Source: an uncultured Bacilli bacterium (GTDB taxonomy: Bacteria > Bacillota_I > Bacilli_A > RF39 > UBA660). Taken from it: a DNA stretch of 61,678 bases. Location: the NCBI GenBank assembly GCA_944359065.1, contig CALVSP010000002.1:1-61678 (forward strand). Reading direction: 5' to 3'. The first letter of the stretch is position 1. The number at the start of each line of letters is the position of its first letter. Below, one piece after another: positions 37,785 through 48,917 of the stretch. The notes below the pieces were generated by a model. It searched no databases and was not told the origin of the DNA. It saw nothing but the letters and a program-made list of their open reading frames with translations. The translations under genes were made by a program, and so were the position numbers.

Positions 37785-39100
37785 AATAAACCTCTTTCTT
37801 TTAATTGATCGATATATAAATAATTTAAATCAAAATATAATAAACAATATAAATCTCCTTTAGCATTTTTCATACAAAAATCTAATGAATTGTTATAATC
37901 TAAACAATATAAAAATTTTTTAGAATCAATATTAGCAGTTTTTAATCTAACAGCCAAATCGTAAGCAAATGGTCCAATTAAAATAATCTTTTCAATACTT
38001 TTGTCATTTAATAATTCAAAATTAATATCATATATCCAAGATATATCTTTTAAATCATATCTACCACTTATTCTTGTAAAGCCAATAGCAACTGTTTTAC
38101 TTCCCTTTTCTTTAGATACATATTCTAATGATTGATTATAAGATAAAGGTGTTTCATTTTTACTTAATAATAAAGTTCCTTTATTATTTTTAACTTTAAA
38201 CTCATTTAATCTTTTTACTTTAGTCGATAAATTATTTAAAGTTTCAACTATTTTTTCTTTATCGACATTGTCAACTCGTGCTGTTGCATAACTTACTAAA
38301 ATATTATAAGCATTATATAATGCTGTATTATTTAATTTAATTATTTCACCTTCTACTTTTAATGTTTTAGTTAGTGTTCCTTCAAAATCACAATTTGGTC
38401 TGTTATAATCATTATTTGGACAATGATAATAACCCAAATTACCATAATTAAAATAATCGAATATTAATTTTTTATGACACTTTGGACAATAAGCCAAATC
38501 TAAAGTATCGATTCTATTTTTTTTAGTTGAATATTTATTTTCCTTTAAACCATAATAAGTTATTTTATTTTTTTTATTTAGTCCAAATTTAGTAACTAAT
38601 GGATCATCAGCATTTAAAATTAAATGTGTTTTTTCATCGATGCTTTTATCTATCTCTTTAAATACTAATTCAAAATGACCATTTCTAGCTAATTGGTCCC
38701 TAGATAAATTGTTGATTATAAAATATTTTGGTGTAATATACTTAAATACATTTTTAACATATCTTTCATCTACTTCAATAATTAAAGCATCTACTTTTGT
38801 TTTACCATTTATTTTACTTGCTTCGATAATAGCACTAGTAACACCATCAATTAAATTAGAGCCTTTTAAATTAGCTACTACTTTGTAACCACTATGTTTA
38901 TATATTTCATATAAAGTTCCTGCGACACTAGTTTTACCGGTTGTTCCTGTTACAAAGATAGTTGTTTTAGGCATTTCAAAATAAGTTAGAATATTTTTAT
39001 TTAATTTTAAAGCTAACTTACCAGGAAAAGATGTACCTCTTCCTAATTTATGTAATATAAAATAAGATAATTTAGATAACATAATTATAATACTATTCAT
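37781..39100 (-). CDS. murT: Lipid II isoglutaminyl synthase, Mur-ligase subunit MurT
   Basis: P-loop GTTGKTS, Cys4 ribbon CPKCHKKL...YHCPN...C, and a DUF1727-like C-terminus. Confidence 0.8.
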   Translation of the reverse strand: MNSIIIMLSKLSYFILHKLGRGTSFPGKLALKLNKNILTYFEMPKTTIFVTGTTGKTSVAGTLYEIYKHSGYKVVANLKGSNLIDGVTSAIIEASKINGKTKVDALIIEVDERYVKNVFKYITPKYFIINNLSRDQLARNGHFELVFKEIDKSIDEKTHLILNADDPLVTKFGLNKKNKITYYGLKENKYSTKKNRIDTLDLAYCPKCHKKLIFDYFNYGNLGYYHCPNNDYNRPNCDFEGTLTKTLKVEGEIIKLNNTALYNAYNILVSYATARVDNVDKEKIVETLNNLSTKVKRLNEFKVKNNKGTLLLSKNETPLSYNQSLEYVSKEKGSKTVAIGFTRISGRYDLKDISWIYDINFELLNDKSIEKIILIGPFAYDLAVRLKTANIDSKKFLYCLDYNNSLDFCMKNAKGDLYCLLYFDLNYLYIDQLKERGLL

Positions 39101-39189
39101 TATTAATCACCTAAATATATTATACCATTATTTATAATAAATACTTTAATTATTTACATTTTTTGACAAGAAAAAATCTCTTAATTATC

Positions 39190-41811
39190 TTAAGAGATTT
39201 TAATTTCATCATATGGTGTGAATTCATTAGTATTTTCATCATATTTGAAATATACTGTATATTTACCATAACCTGTACGATTATAAGTTATTTCAATTGT
39301 ATCAATAGTATATTCATCAGTCATAATATCATCCGTAACAACTACATCACGATATTTAGTTTCACATACTCTATTAAACCATTCCCAATGACATGATTCA
39401 TATTCTTCAGTTATAGTTTTTGTTCTACTTGTTGTAGCTATATATACTGGATTATATTTAGATCCTCCTGATTTATGAGTCCATCTAATTGAATCAGAAA
39501 CAATTAAATCTTCAATACTTCCATTAGTATATTTTACTCTAACATTGGAAATACTTATATTTTCATCATAATGTTCTACTATTTCTAAGAATGTATAATC
39601 TGTTTCTACTTTGTTAGTATTTCTTTGGCTATCACAATCACTACTACAATATTCTGATTTTGTTTCATAATAGTAATTTAAGCCAGTGAAATCTACCTCA
39701 AATTTACTTTGATATGCTACTTCATTAATTACTGAGTATTCAATATCAGTATTAGTAAATCCATTTTGTTTAATTGTTAAAACTTTGTTATCAACAACTT
39801 TACTAGTGTCAACATCAGTTGTATAATTAGTTGTTTCTACTTTACTTCCATCTGCATAAACTTCATATACTGTAATTAATTTAGTAAAATCAGGAGTTGT
39901 TCCTTTTTGGAATTGGAATTGAACATTTGGTTTTTCAACTACTTCAATTCCTGTTTGATTTGCTTTATATTGAGCAGTAATTACTAAATTTTCTTGAACA
40001 TTAGTAAAATCTTTATCCCAACCTGTAAATGTCCAATTATTTCTACTTGGTGAATTAGGTGCAACAGCACTTTCACCTTTTTTAACTGTTTGTGTTTTTA
40101 AAGTTTGACCATCCCAATTTACGAAAGTAACAGTATATTGTACTGGTTTTACAGTAATAATTACTTCAATTCCTTTAACTTCTTCATAATTTTTAGTATC
40201 TTCTGGAGTATATGTAACAGGTTTTTTATATTCTCCTTCTTCTAATACTGTATCTAAGTCTTCTTCAAAAGTAAATCCTTCTGGTAATTCAATATCACCT
40301 AAAGTTTGACCTTCTTCTGCTTCTAAATCTGTAGGAACAGTATAACTTGGTGTAGCCTTAGTTATTTCATAATTGTATTCTGTATTTGCTAATTTGTAGT
40401 TTTTATCTGTTGTACTTGCTACTGCTGTATAAGAACCTGCATCTATTGAGTTTCCTTCTTTTACATTAACTGTTATTTCAACTCCTTCTGCTGTTGCAGT
40501 TGGTAATTGTTTTGTACCATTATATGTAAATGTTGAACCTTCCCATACAACGCTTACTTCTTTTGCAGTTATTGTCATTGTTGCTTTTAATTCTACTGTT
40601 CCTGTATAATTTTCATTTCCAGTTACAGTTGCTACTACTTCATAAACATCAACATTTACTTTATCATTGTTTGTATAACTTACATCAAATTCTTCTGGTA
40701 AATTAGTTACTGAAATAGAATGTGATTCTCCATCATATACAAATGAATCATTTTCAAATGTAATTCCTAATTCTTTAATATCTTCTTCTGTTAATGCTTT
40801 TGCTGTAATTGAATATACACCATCAACAAATGTAACGTTATAGTTTTCATTTGTCCAAGTTCCTGTAATTGCATATTCACCAACTGGTGTAGTATTAGTT
40901 ACTTCTGTACTTAAAACAACACCAATATCATTTTCGTTATAAGCCATTTCTAACGCATTTGAAGTTAATGGTTTTACTTCATCTTTGTAGTTAGCTTCAA
41001 CATTATCAATAGTAACTGTTACATCTCTTTTTAAAACTTCGAATTCAAAAGTTTCAGTAGTTTCGTTACCTAAAATATCTTTAGCCACTATAGTTACGGT
41101 ATAATTACCAAATTGATTTGGATTAATATCACTAGTTATTTCACTAGTAACTCCTTCAGTTCCGTAAAATTCATCTGTTACTTTAACACATTCTTCAAAA
41201 TTAATTAATTCATCATAAACGGTCATTGAAGTTGCACATGAACTAAAATCAATTGAAGGATTTTTACTATATTCTGGATATTCTTCTCCATCATCAGGAT
41301 TAGTTCCATTTTCAATTTCTTCTTCATTTGTATAACCATCATTATCGTTATCACCAACTGGATCTAAAACAATAATAGTTCTTGTAGCAGTAGTTGTATG
41401 TCCTGCTCTATCGCTAGTTGTATAAGTAATAGTATGTGTTCCAACTTCTAATTTTGTAGTATCAGTAATAGATGCTGTAACACTAACTACATCATTATCA
41501 TCGGTTGCTCTAACGCCTGTCATTACATTATAATTTTGACCTAACAAAATTGTAACGCTTCTTGGATTGATTTCGATTATTGGAGCTTCATCTACTTCAA
41601 CCACTGGACGATCTGTTTCATCATCTTCTGTTTCTTCATCATCATTTTCATCTAAATCTAATTGTTCATCATCAGATTCATCATCATCAACTTCGCCTTG
41701 TCCTGGAACTTCAACAGGATCTAATTCTGAAGGACCTGGATTAGCGAATGTAAAGATAAATAAACCTAATAAAATGAATAATATAATTGCAATAATTTTC
41801 TTTTTATCCAT
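39190..41811 (-). CDS. Large N-terminally anchored surface protein with Ig-like and repeat domains
   Basis: 873 aa with an N-terminal TM and an acidic linker (DDDESDDEQLDLDENDDEE). Ig-like modules are present. One repeat reads YTVTFVNWDG...WTFTGWDKDF (Listeria-Bacteroides type). Confidence 0.65.
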   Translation of the reverse strand: MDKKKIIAIILFILLGLFIFTFANPGPSELDPVEVPGQGEVDDDESDDEQLDLDENDDEETEDDETDRPVVEVDEAPIIEINPRSVTILLGQNYNVMTGVRATDDNDVVSVTASITDTTKLEVGTHTITYTTSDRAGHTTTATRTIIVLDPVGDNDNDGYTNEEEIENGTNPDDGEEYPEYSKNPSIDFSSCATSMTVYDELINFEECVKVTDEFYGTEGVTSEITSDINPNQFGNYTVTIVAKDILGNETTETFEFEVLKRDVTVTIDNVEANYKDEVKPLTSNALEMAYNENDIGVVLSTEVTNTTPVGEYAITGTWTNENYNVTFVDGVYSITAKALTEEDIKELGITFENDSFVYDGESHSISVTNLPEEFDVSYTNNDKVNVDVYEVVATVTGNENYTGTVELKATMTITAKEVSVVWEGSTFTYNGTKQLPTATAEGVEITVNVKEGNSIDAGSYTAVASTTDKNYKLANTEYNYEITKATPSYTVPTDLEAEEGQTLGDIELPEGFTFEEDLDTVLEEGEYKKPVTYTPEDTKNYEEVKGIEVIITVKPVQYTVTFVNWDGQTLKTQTVKKGESAVAPNSPSRNNWTFTGWDKDFTNVQENLVITAQYKANQTGIEVVEKPNVQFQFQKGTTPDFTKLITVYEVYADGSKVETTNYTTDVDTSKVVDNKVLTIKQNGFTNTDIEYSVINEVAYQSKFEVDFTGLNYYYETKSEYCSSDCDSQRNTNKVETDYTFLEIVEHYDENISISNVRVKYTNGSIEDLIVSDSIRWTHKSGGSKYNPVYIATTSRTKTITEEYESCHWEWFNRVCETKYRDVVVTDDIMTDEYTIDTIEITYNRTGYGKYTVYFKYDENTNEFTPYDEIKIS

Positions 41812-41826
41812 TTTTCCTTACCTCCC

Positions 41827-42144
41827 TTAGTTTTCTTTCATTCCTATAAAGAATGGACCAAATTGACGACCATAGCTTAATGAAGTACGGTTATAATCAT
41901 ATACCTTATAACCTAACCCAACACATTCCTCTACAGTACCATCATCAAATGTATGTGTTTTTTGACTTATACAGAATATTGGATCTTTATCATTTTGGAC
42001 ATTAATAAAATCGGTTACCCAAATAATAGCAAGCCCAATAATAACTACCCAAAAAACTACGTCAAAGATCTTCTTAGCAATGCTCTTTTTTTCAGTGTTT
42101 TTCTTTTCAATTACCTTTTCAGTTTTTTCCACAAAACTCACCAC
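41827..42144 (-). CDS. Small hypothetical membrane protein
   Basis: 105 aa with one TM. Confidence 0.45.
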   Translation of the reverse strand: MVSFVEKTEKVIEKKNTEKKSIAKKIFDVVFWVVIIGLAIIWVTDFINVQNDKDPIFCISQKTHTFDDGTVEECVGLGYKVYDYNRTSLSYGRQFGPFFIGMKEN

Positions 42145-42341
42145 CTCTCAAAACGCATATCTCCAACACCTAATATTCTACATATTTTTTGATTTTTGTC
42201 AAGTTTATGTGTCTAATTTCATAAATTAGAATAATTATTTTGCCTATTTTATAATATTTCAAACCGCAAATAATGTTACATTATAAATATATTTTATTAA
42301 AACATCAAATATGTGTTATAATATTAACGGAGGATAGAAAT

Positions 42342-43130
42342 ATGAATTTAAATAATAAAATTGCAGTTATTACAGGCGGAGCAATGGGAAATGGCTATGG
42401 GATAGCAGAAGTATTTTTAAAATTAGGAGCAACTGTTGTAATACTTGATTATTCAGATAAAATAACAGAATCTTTAAATAACCTTAGCATTATATCTAAA
42501 AATGTAATTGGATACAAAGTTGATATTACAAATAAAGATTTAGTTAATAAAATAATTGATGATGTTTATAAAAGATTTAATAAAATTGATATTTTAGTAA
42601 ATAATGCTGGTGTTGCTAAATTAGTAAGGTTTGAAGATATGACTGATGAAATAAGAGATTTTCATATTGATATAAATATTAAAGGAACTTGGAATGTCAC
42701 TAAAGCTACTTATCCTTATATGGTTAAAAATAATTATGGAAAAATAGTTAATTTATCTAGTGTTACAGGTCCTAAAGTGGCTGATCCAGGTGAAGTTGCT
42801 TATGCAACTACCAAAGCAGCATTAATTGGCTTTACCAAAAGTTTAGCAATGGAAGGAGCTGAACACAATATAACTGTTAACGCTATTATGCCTGGTTACA
42901 TTATGACACCAATGGTTGAAGGAATTGCTAAAGATAGTGATGCTAACAATCCAGATAGTGTAATTAAAGGAATTGCTGATGGTATTCCTATGAAAAGATT
43001 GGGGACAATCGAAGAATTAGGAAATTTAGCTGCTTTCTTAGCTAGTGATTTATCAAATTATATAACAGGTGCTGAGTTTGTTATTGATGGTGCTTCAACC
43101 TTACCAGAAACAAGAAGTGTTGGAGTATAA
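42342..43130 (+). CDS. SDR-family oxidoreductase
   Basis: TGGAMGNGYG, NNAG and the YxxxK element YATTK. The start at ATG 42342 follows GGAGGA; the track's 42273 start is unlikely. Confidence 0.8.
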   Translation: MNLNNKIAVITGGAMGNGYGIAEVFLKLGATVVILDYSDKITESLNNLSIISKNVIGYKVDITNKDLVNKIIDDVYKRFNKIDILVNNAGVAKLVRFEDMTDEIRDFHIDINIKGTWNVTKATYPYMVKNNYGKIVNLSSVTGPKVADPGEVAYATTKAALIGFTKSLAMEGAEHNITVNAIMPGYIMTPMVEGIAKDSDANNPDSVIKGIADGIPMKRLGTIEELGNLAAFLASDLSNYITGAEFVIDGASTLPETRSVGV

Positions 43131-43141
43131 AAAAAAGAGTT

Positions 43142-45412
43142 TTAAACTCTTAAACAATCAAGTGTTTTAATATGAACACTTTTTTTATTATCGATAATCT
43201 TATCAATTACAATATTTTCTAATTTATCTTTAATAATTTTCTCAATTTTTCTAGCTCCAAATTCATTATAATTACTTAATTTAATTATCTCATCAATAAC
43301 GCTTTCATCAATTTTAATTTTAATATTTTTATATTTTTTCATTAAATTATTTATTTTAATATTAACTATATTTTTAATATTTTCTTCATTTAATCTATTA
43401 AAAGAAACAATATTATCGATTCTATTTATAAAAGGAATACTAAAATATTCTTTTAATTTTGTTAAATCATCATTATTTTTATTAAATCCAACATTAACTT
43501 CATCAAATCCGATATTAGATGTCATAATTATAATAACATTATTAAAATAAACATCTACACCTTTTGAATCTTTTATTTTACCATTATCTAATATTTGAAA
43601 TAATAAATTAATAATTGTTTGATTTGCTCTTTCTATTTCATCTAATATCAAAACAGAAAACGGCTTATTTCTTATTTCTTCTAATATAGTTTTATTATCA
43701 CTATATCCAACATATCCCGGAGGCGCCCCAACAAATTTACTGACACTATGGGCTTCACTAAATTCGCTCATATCTAATCTTATTACATTATCACCGACTA
43801 ATGATTTACCAAATAATTTAGCTAACTCCGTTTTACCTACTCCTGAAGGTCCAGCAAATAATAAAGAATAACATTTATCATCTTTATAACCTAATTTTAT
43901 TTTTTTAGCAATGTTACTAACTTCTTTAATCGCTTTATCTTGACCGATTATAACTTTTAAGTCATCGTATATTTTATTAATATCATTTTGACTTAATATT
44001 TCATAGACTGGAATTTTAGTCTTAGAATTAATAACATTAGCTACTTCTTCTATTGTTACTTCATTTTTATTTTTATTACATAAAGTAAGTTCTAAATTAT
44101 TTATTTTATCCATTAAAATAAATTCTTTTTCTTTGTATGAAGTTGCTTTTTTAAAATCATTATTACTTACTGCTTCATTTTTATTTTTAATTAAATTTTG
44201 TAATTGTTTATTTAATTTATTATATTCTATTAATTCTTTACTTTCTTTTAAACTACTTTTCGCACAAACTTCATCCAAAATATCAATTGATTTATCAGGT
44301 TGATTTCGATCAAACACATATTTATCAGATAATTCAATTATTTTATCAATTATTGAATCGTCTATAATTACATGATGATAGTTCTCATAAATTGGTTTTA
44401 ACTTTAATAATATTTGTTTAACAACTTCTTTATTAGGTATTTCAATATTTATTTTTTGAAATCTTCTTTCTAAGGCTTTATCACTTTCAATAAATTTTTT
44501 ATATTCACTAATAGTCGTGGCCCCGATACATCGCAATTTATTTCTCGAAAGTGCTGGCTTAAATATATTAGAAGCATCAATTGCTCCTTCTGCTCCCCCT
44601 GCTCCAACTAAAGTGTGTATTTCATCAATAAATAAAATTATATCATCATTTTCTTCAACTTCTTTTAATATTTTTCTTACTCTTTCTTCAAATTCACCAC
44701 GATACTTAGTACCAGCTACTAAAGTAGCCATATCTAAACTAATAATTCTTTTAGTTTTTAAATTATTAGGTACATCACCACAAGCAATCATTCTACTTAA
44801 TTCTTCGACAATAGCTGTTTTGCCAACACCTGCTTCCCCAATTAATAAAGGATTGTTTTTAGTTCTTCGTGATAATATTTCAATTACCCTTTTAATTTCA
44901 TTATCTCTTCCAATAACAGGATCCAATTCATTTGCTTTACTAGTTAAATCTGTTCCTAACTCTTCTAATAATAATTTTTTCTTTTTCGGTTTATATATTT
45001 TATAACTAAACTCATTATATAATTTATCTAAATCTATATTTAAACTTAATAGTATTCTAATTGCTACTCCTTCGCCTTCTTCTAAAATATTAGAAAACAA
45101 AGATTCAATTGTAACTTCACTATTTTTTTCTTTACAATCTAACATTGCATTTTCCATAATTCTTTTTAACATTGGAGTATATAAAAACCATTCACTTTGT
45201 TTACTTCCAATACCTAAAACTTCAATTATTTTATTTTTAAATTTATCATAATCTAAATTATATTGTTTTAATTTTTTAGAAACATTATTTTTAGATTTTA
45301 AAATAGCTAATAATAAGTGTTCACTTCCAACATAAGGATGCCTTAATTCCATCATTTCCTCTTTAGCGTTAATTAATATTTTTCTTGCTTCTTCAGTAAA
45401 TTGTCCAAACAT
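43142..45412 (-). CDS. clpC: AAA+ Clp ATPase (ClpC-like)
   Basis: Clp_N repeats and two Walker A motifs, GEAGVGKTA and GPSGVGKTE. Confidence 0.8.
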   Translation of the reverse strand: MFGQFTEEARKILINAKEEMMELRHPYVGSEHLLLAILKSKNNVSKKLKQYNLDYDKFKNKIIEVLGIGSKQSEWFLYTPMLKRIMENAMLDCKEKNSEVTIESLFSNILEEGEGVAIRILLSLNIDLDKLYNEFSYKIYKPKKKKLLLEELGTDLTSKANELDPVIGRDNEIKRVIEILSRRTKNNPLLIGEAGVGKTAIVEELSRMIACGDVPNNLKTKRIISLDMATLVAGTKYRGEFEERVRKILKEVEENDDIILFIDEIHTLVGAGGAEGAIDASNIFKPALSRNKLRCIGATTISEYKKFIESDKALERRFQKINIEIPNKEVVKQILLKLKPIYENYHHVIIDDSIIDKIIELSDKYVFDRNQPDKSIDILDEVCAKSSLKESKELIEYNKLNKQLQNLIKNKNEAVSNNDFKKATSYKEKEFILMDKINNLELTLCNKNKNEVTIEEVANVINSKTKIPVYEILSQNDINKIYDDLKVIIGQDKAIKEVSNIAKKIKLGYKDDKCYSLLFAGPSGVGKTELAKLFGKSLVGDNVIRLDMSEFSEAHSVSKFVGAPPGYVGYSDNKTILEEIRNKPFSVLILDEIERANQTIINLLFQILDNGKIKDSKGVDVYFNNVIIIMTSNIGFDEVNVGFNKNNDDLTKLKEYFSIPFINRIDNIVSFNRLNEENIKNIVNIKINNLMKKYKNIKIKIDESVIDEIIKLSNYNEFGARKIEKIIKDKLENIVIDKIIDNKKSVHIKTLDCLRV

Positions 45413-45485
45413 ATTTTCCCTCCTAATATTATTCTATGTTAATATTGAGGAAGTTTAATTAATTTTATACAACAAAAAACAAGAA

Positions 45486-45872
45486 TTATTTTATTCTTGT
45501 AATTTCTGTATATAATAACCTTAAATCTTTTTTATCTTCAGGAGACATTCTTGAAAAATCTAATCTTAATTGATAGCCACTATCAAAAGAAATCAACAAT
45601 TTAGCGTGACTACCACCAAACATAATCGCACTAGTCGATATATTTTTATAAGGTAAAATATGTATTTTTTTATTTCGTGTATAAGGAGTCACATCAAATA
45701 AAATCATTCTTTTATTAGTAAATACTGCTCTATCACGAGATGTTCGATAAGCAGCAATTATATCTTCATTATCTAAAACATAATCTAATACATATTTAGG
45801 TAATTCTCCTATTTCTATTTTCTTATTAAAATTAAAATACTTGGTTAATTCTTTAAACTTAATATATGCCAT
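45486..45872 (-). CDS. Bacterial PH-domain protein (YokE-like)
   Basis: 128 aa with FTNKRMILFD. Confidence 0.5.
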   Translation of the reverse strand: MAYIKFKELTKYFNFNKKIEIGELPKYVLDYVLDNEDIIAAYRTSRDRAVFTNKRMILFDVTPYTRNKKIHILPYKNISTSAIMFGGSHAKLLISFDSGYQLRLDFSRMSPEDKKDLRLLYTEITRIK

Positions 45873-45880
45873 TTAATCAC

Positions 45881-46414
45881 CTACTTCACTAATTTAAAAC
45901 CACTTAATGGCCAAATTCTTATAAAAACTTTACCGATAATATCTTCTTTTTTAATTAAACCAACTTCTTTACTTCGACTATCTAAAGAATTGCCACGATT
46001 ATCACCTAAAACTAAATACATATCTTCAGGAATGACATCATAGCCAATATCTTTTAAATCAAAATCTTCAGTAACTAAACCATCGACAATATTCTCTTTA
46101 TAAGGATTACCATTAATGTATAATATATTATCTTTATAATATATTGATTCCCCTGGTAAACCAATAACTCTTTTAATTAAATATTTACTGCCATCATATT
46201 TGAGCGCTATAACGTCATTTCGTTTAACATCAAATATATGATACTGAAACTTATTTAATATTAAAACATCCCCTTCATTTAATGTCGGTTGCATTGAAGG
46301 TCCAACTACTTGTTGCAGTGTAACGACATATAATACAATTACTAAAACAACTACTATTACTATAATATATTTTAATGTATCTTTAAAAAATTCTGTTATC
46401 TCTCTAAAATCCAT
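45881..46414 (-). CDS. lepB: Signal peptidase I
   Basis: GPSMQPTL, IKRVIGLPGE and GDNRGNSLDSR. Confidence 0.9.
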   Translation of the reverse strand: MDFREITEFFKDTLKYIIVIVVVLVIVLYVVTLQQVVGPSMQPTLNEGDVLILNKFQYHIFDVKRNDVIALKYDGSKYLIKRVIGLPGESIYYKDNILYINGNPYKENIVDGLVTEDFDLKDIGYDVIPEDMYLVLGDNRGNSLDSRSKEVGLIKKEDIIGKVFIRIWPLSGFKLVK

Positions 46415-46466
46415 AATATCGCTTCCTATATAATATTATTACTAAATATGGCTAAAAAGTCAATAA

Positions 46467-48623
46467 TTATTCCTTAATATTCTGCTCTAATTTTAATTTT
46501 ATTTTATCAGATATAATTTCACCGACTTTAATACTTTGTTCAGTTACAAAACCATATCCTTCAATTTCATAATCAGCACCTATTAAGTTTAATAAAGATG
46601 TCGCTTCTAATCTTGAATATCCAATCAATGAAGGCATTTTAATATTACCATTAGTTAATAAAAATATTTTATCATTTGTAACTAAAGTAGTGTTTTTAGG
46701 ATACTGATCGATTATTTTATTACCATCACCTAAAGTAATTACTTTTAATCCTTTATTTTCTAAATCTTTAACTACATCTAAAGTATTCAAATTAATATAA
46801 TTTGCAACTTCAATTTTTTTATTATTTTCACTATTTTCTTTGCTACTTAATAATCCTTTATACTTAGCAATCGATTCCATAATTGAATGAGTCATTGTTT
46901 TTAATCCAATATTAGATCCATTATTAGGTCTTTTAATAGAAGCAAAAATAATTATTTCGGGATCATCTTTAGGAAACATTCCTGAAAAAGAATATAATTG
47001 ATCTAACCAACCTGTTAAATATCCCCCATTTTCTTCATCATATATTTCAGCAGTCCCAGTTTTACCGATAACATCTAATCCTTCAATCATATAAGCAGTA
47101 CCAATAGCGCCACCTTCGACATCATTAACCGCATTATACATTAATTGTTTTATTTGTTCAATTGTATCGTGACTTACTATACGATCACTTTTTTCAACTG
47201 TTCTTTCATATGTTACTTCACCATTACTTACAATTTTACTAACAATATTAGGTTTAACCATATAACCATCATTAGCAATAATACTTAGTGCTTGTAATTG
47301 TTGTATCGGAGTAATTGTTATACCTTGACCATAAGAAGCAGCAGCAACTTCAACTGGATAATTAAATACTAAACTACCTGATAATTCTCTAGGTAATTCA
47401 ATACCAGTAGTACTACCAAAACCATAATTAGTTAGACATTCTTTTAAATCATCTTTAGTTAAAAAATTCTGCATAATATTAACCGTACCAACATTACTAG
47501 ACATTTCAAAACCGTGGTCATAAGTTATTTCTCCCCAACCTGTTTTATTCCAATCATATATTTTAGTTCCTTCAATATCGATACTACCAGATTTATAAGT
47601 ATCATCGCCTTTATATGTTCCCTTTTCCATCGCACACATATAAGTAAATATCTTCATAACACTACCTGGTTCATAAACAAAGGAAGTTAAAGGATTTTCA
47701 TAATTAGTTAAATTTAATTTATTAGGATCGAATGATGGCTCTGATACTGACCCTAAAATATCTCCCGTTTTCGCATCCATTACACTAATCGTTAACCATT
47801 CAGGTTCATATTCATCGACAACTTTATTAACTTCAGCTTCAATAACCCTTTGAATATTAGCGTCGATTGTTAAATAAATATCACTACCATCAACAGCAGG
47901 AACATTTTCTTCTGGAGTATCTGGTATTTTATAACCATAACGATCTTGTTGATAACTAACATAACCATTGATTCCTTTTAATATTTCATCATATTCAACT
48001 TCAATACCTAACTCACCTTGAATAACAACTTCAGTTTTTGTAACATCATCAATTATAACTTCAACTTCATTTTTTTTCGCATAACCAATAATATAAGAAG
48101 CAAAGTCACCATTAGGATAATATCTTTTATAACTTTCGATAAAATCGATACCTGGTAAATTTAAATCTTCAATTTGTTTTTTTAATATTTCAGTAATTCC
48201 TCTACCACCAGGGCCTAATTCAACTTGATAAGCCTTTTTATTTAATAATTCTAAAATAGTTTCTTCCTTCATATTTAATAAAGGCGCTAAAGCTTTAGCA
48301 GTTCCTTCTTTATCTTTAACGTGGTATAAAGTAGTAGAAGAACCTGTTCTACTTTCATCTAAATAAGCGATTACAGTATAACTAGACACATCAGTAGCCA
48401 ACACATCACCTTGTGAATCATAAATAGTTCCTCTTTTAGCGTGTAAAGTAGAAGAATAAGTATTACGATTAGAAGCAAACTCTTGCATATTTATGCCATA
48501 AACATTTGGTGATAAAGATAAATATAGATACTGTAAAAATAAAATGCAAATAAAAACAAGAAATATACAAAACACTATCATTGGAGTTTTCCATTTTATA
48601 CTTCTTGTTTTCATATTGTTCAC
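46467..48623 (-). CDS. Class B penicillin-binding protein (PBP2B/FtsI-like) with PASTA domains
   Basis: SVMK, SSN and KTGTA motifs, two C-terminal PASTA-like repeats, and a position in the dcw cluster. Confidence 0.85.
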   Translation of the reverse strand: MNNMKTRSIKWKTPMIVFCIFLVFICILFLQYLYLSLSPNVYGINMQEFASNRNTYSSTLHAKRGTIYDSQGDVLATDVSSYTVIAYLDESRTGSSTTLYHVKDKEGTAKALAPLLNMKEETILELLNKKAYQVELGPGGRGITEILKKQIEDLNLPGIDFIESYKRYYPNGDFASYIIGYAKKNEVEVIIDDVTKTEVVIQGELGIEVEYDEILKGINGYVSYQQDRYGYKIPDTPEENVPAVDGSDIYLTIDANIQRVIEAEVNKVVDEYEPEWLTISVMDAKTGDILGSVSEPSFDPNKLNLTNYENPLTSFVYEPGSVMKIFTYMCAMEKGTYKGDDTYKSGSIDIEGTKIYDWNKTGWGEITYDHGFEMSSNVGTVNIMQNFLTKDDLKECLTNYGFGSTTGIELPRELSGSLVFNYPVEVAAASYGQGITITPIQQLQALSIIANDGYMVKPNIVSKIVSNGEVTYERTVEKSDRIVSHDTIEQIKQLMYNAVNDVEGGAIGTAYMIEGLDVIGKTGTAEIYDEENGGYLTGWLDQLYSFSGMFPKDDPEIIIFASIKRPNNGSNIGLKTMTHSIMESIAKYKGLLSSKENSENNKKIEVANYINLNTLDVVKDLENKGLKVITLGDGNKIIDQYPKNTTLVTNDKIFLLTNGNIKMPSLIGYSRLEATSLLNLIGADYEIEGYGFVTEQSIKVGEIISDKIKLKLEQNIKE

Positions 48624-48626
48624 CTC

Positions 48627-48914
48627 TTAATCACCTATAACAACTATATTATCATTATTATACGCTAAACCTAGTTCTTTGACAATTTTGGATACATTAT
48701 CAAATGAAGTTAATTCATTAACTTGCATCGTTAAACTTTCAACTGTTTTTTCTTCCGTTGATATTTCATATCTAATTTTTTCGTTACTCATTTTATAATT
48801 TCCGATACTGGCGCCAAAAAATATTTTTATTACTATGGCTAATGCAAAGCACAATACACCACAGAAATATAATAATTTTTCACCCTTAGTCAATCCCTTT
48901 TTCTTTCTTGCCAT
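48627..48914 (-). CDS. ftsL: Cell division protein FtsL
   Basis: 95 aa with a single TM plus a coiled coil, located between rsmH and the PBP gene. Confidence 0.7.
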   Translation of the reverse strand: MARKKKGLTKGEKLLYFCGVLCFALAIVIKIFFGASIGNYKMSNEKIRYEISTEEKTVESLTMQVNELTSFDNVSKIVKELGLAYNNDNIVVIGD

Positions 48915-48917
48915 AAA

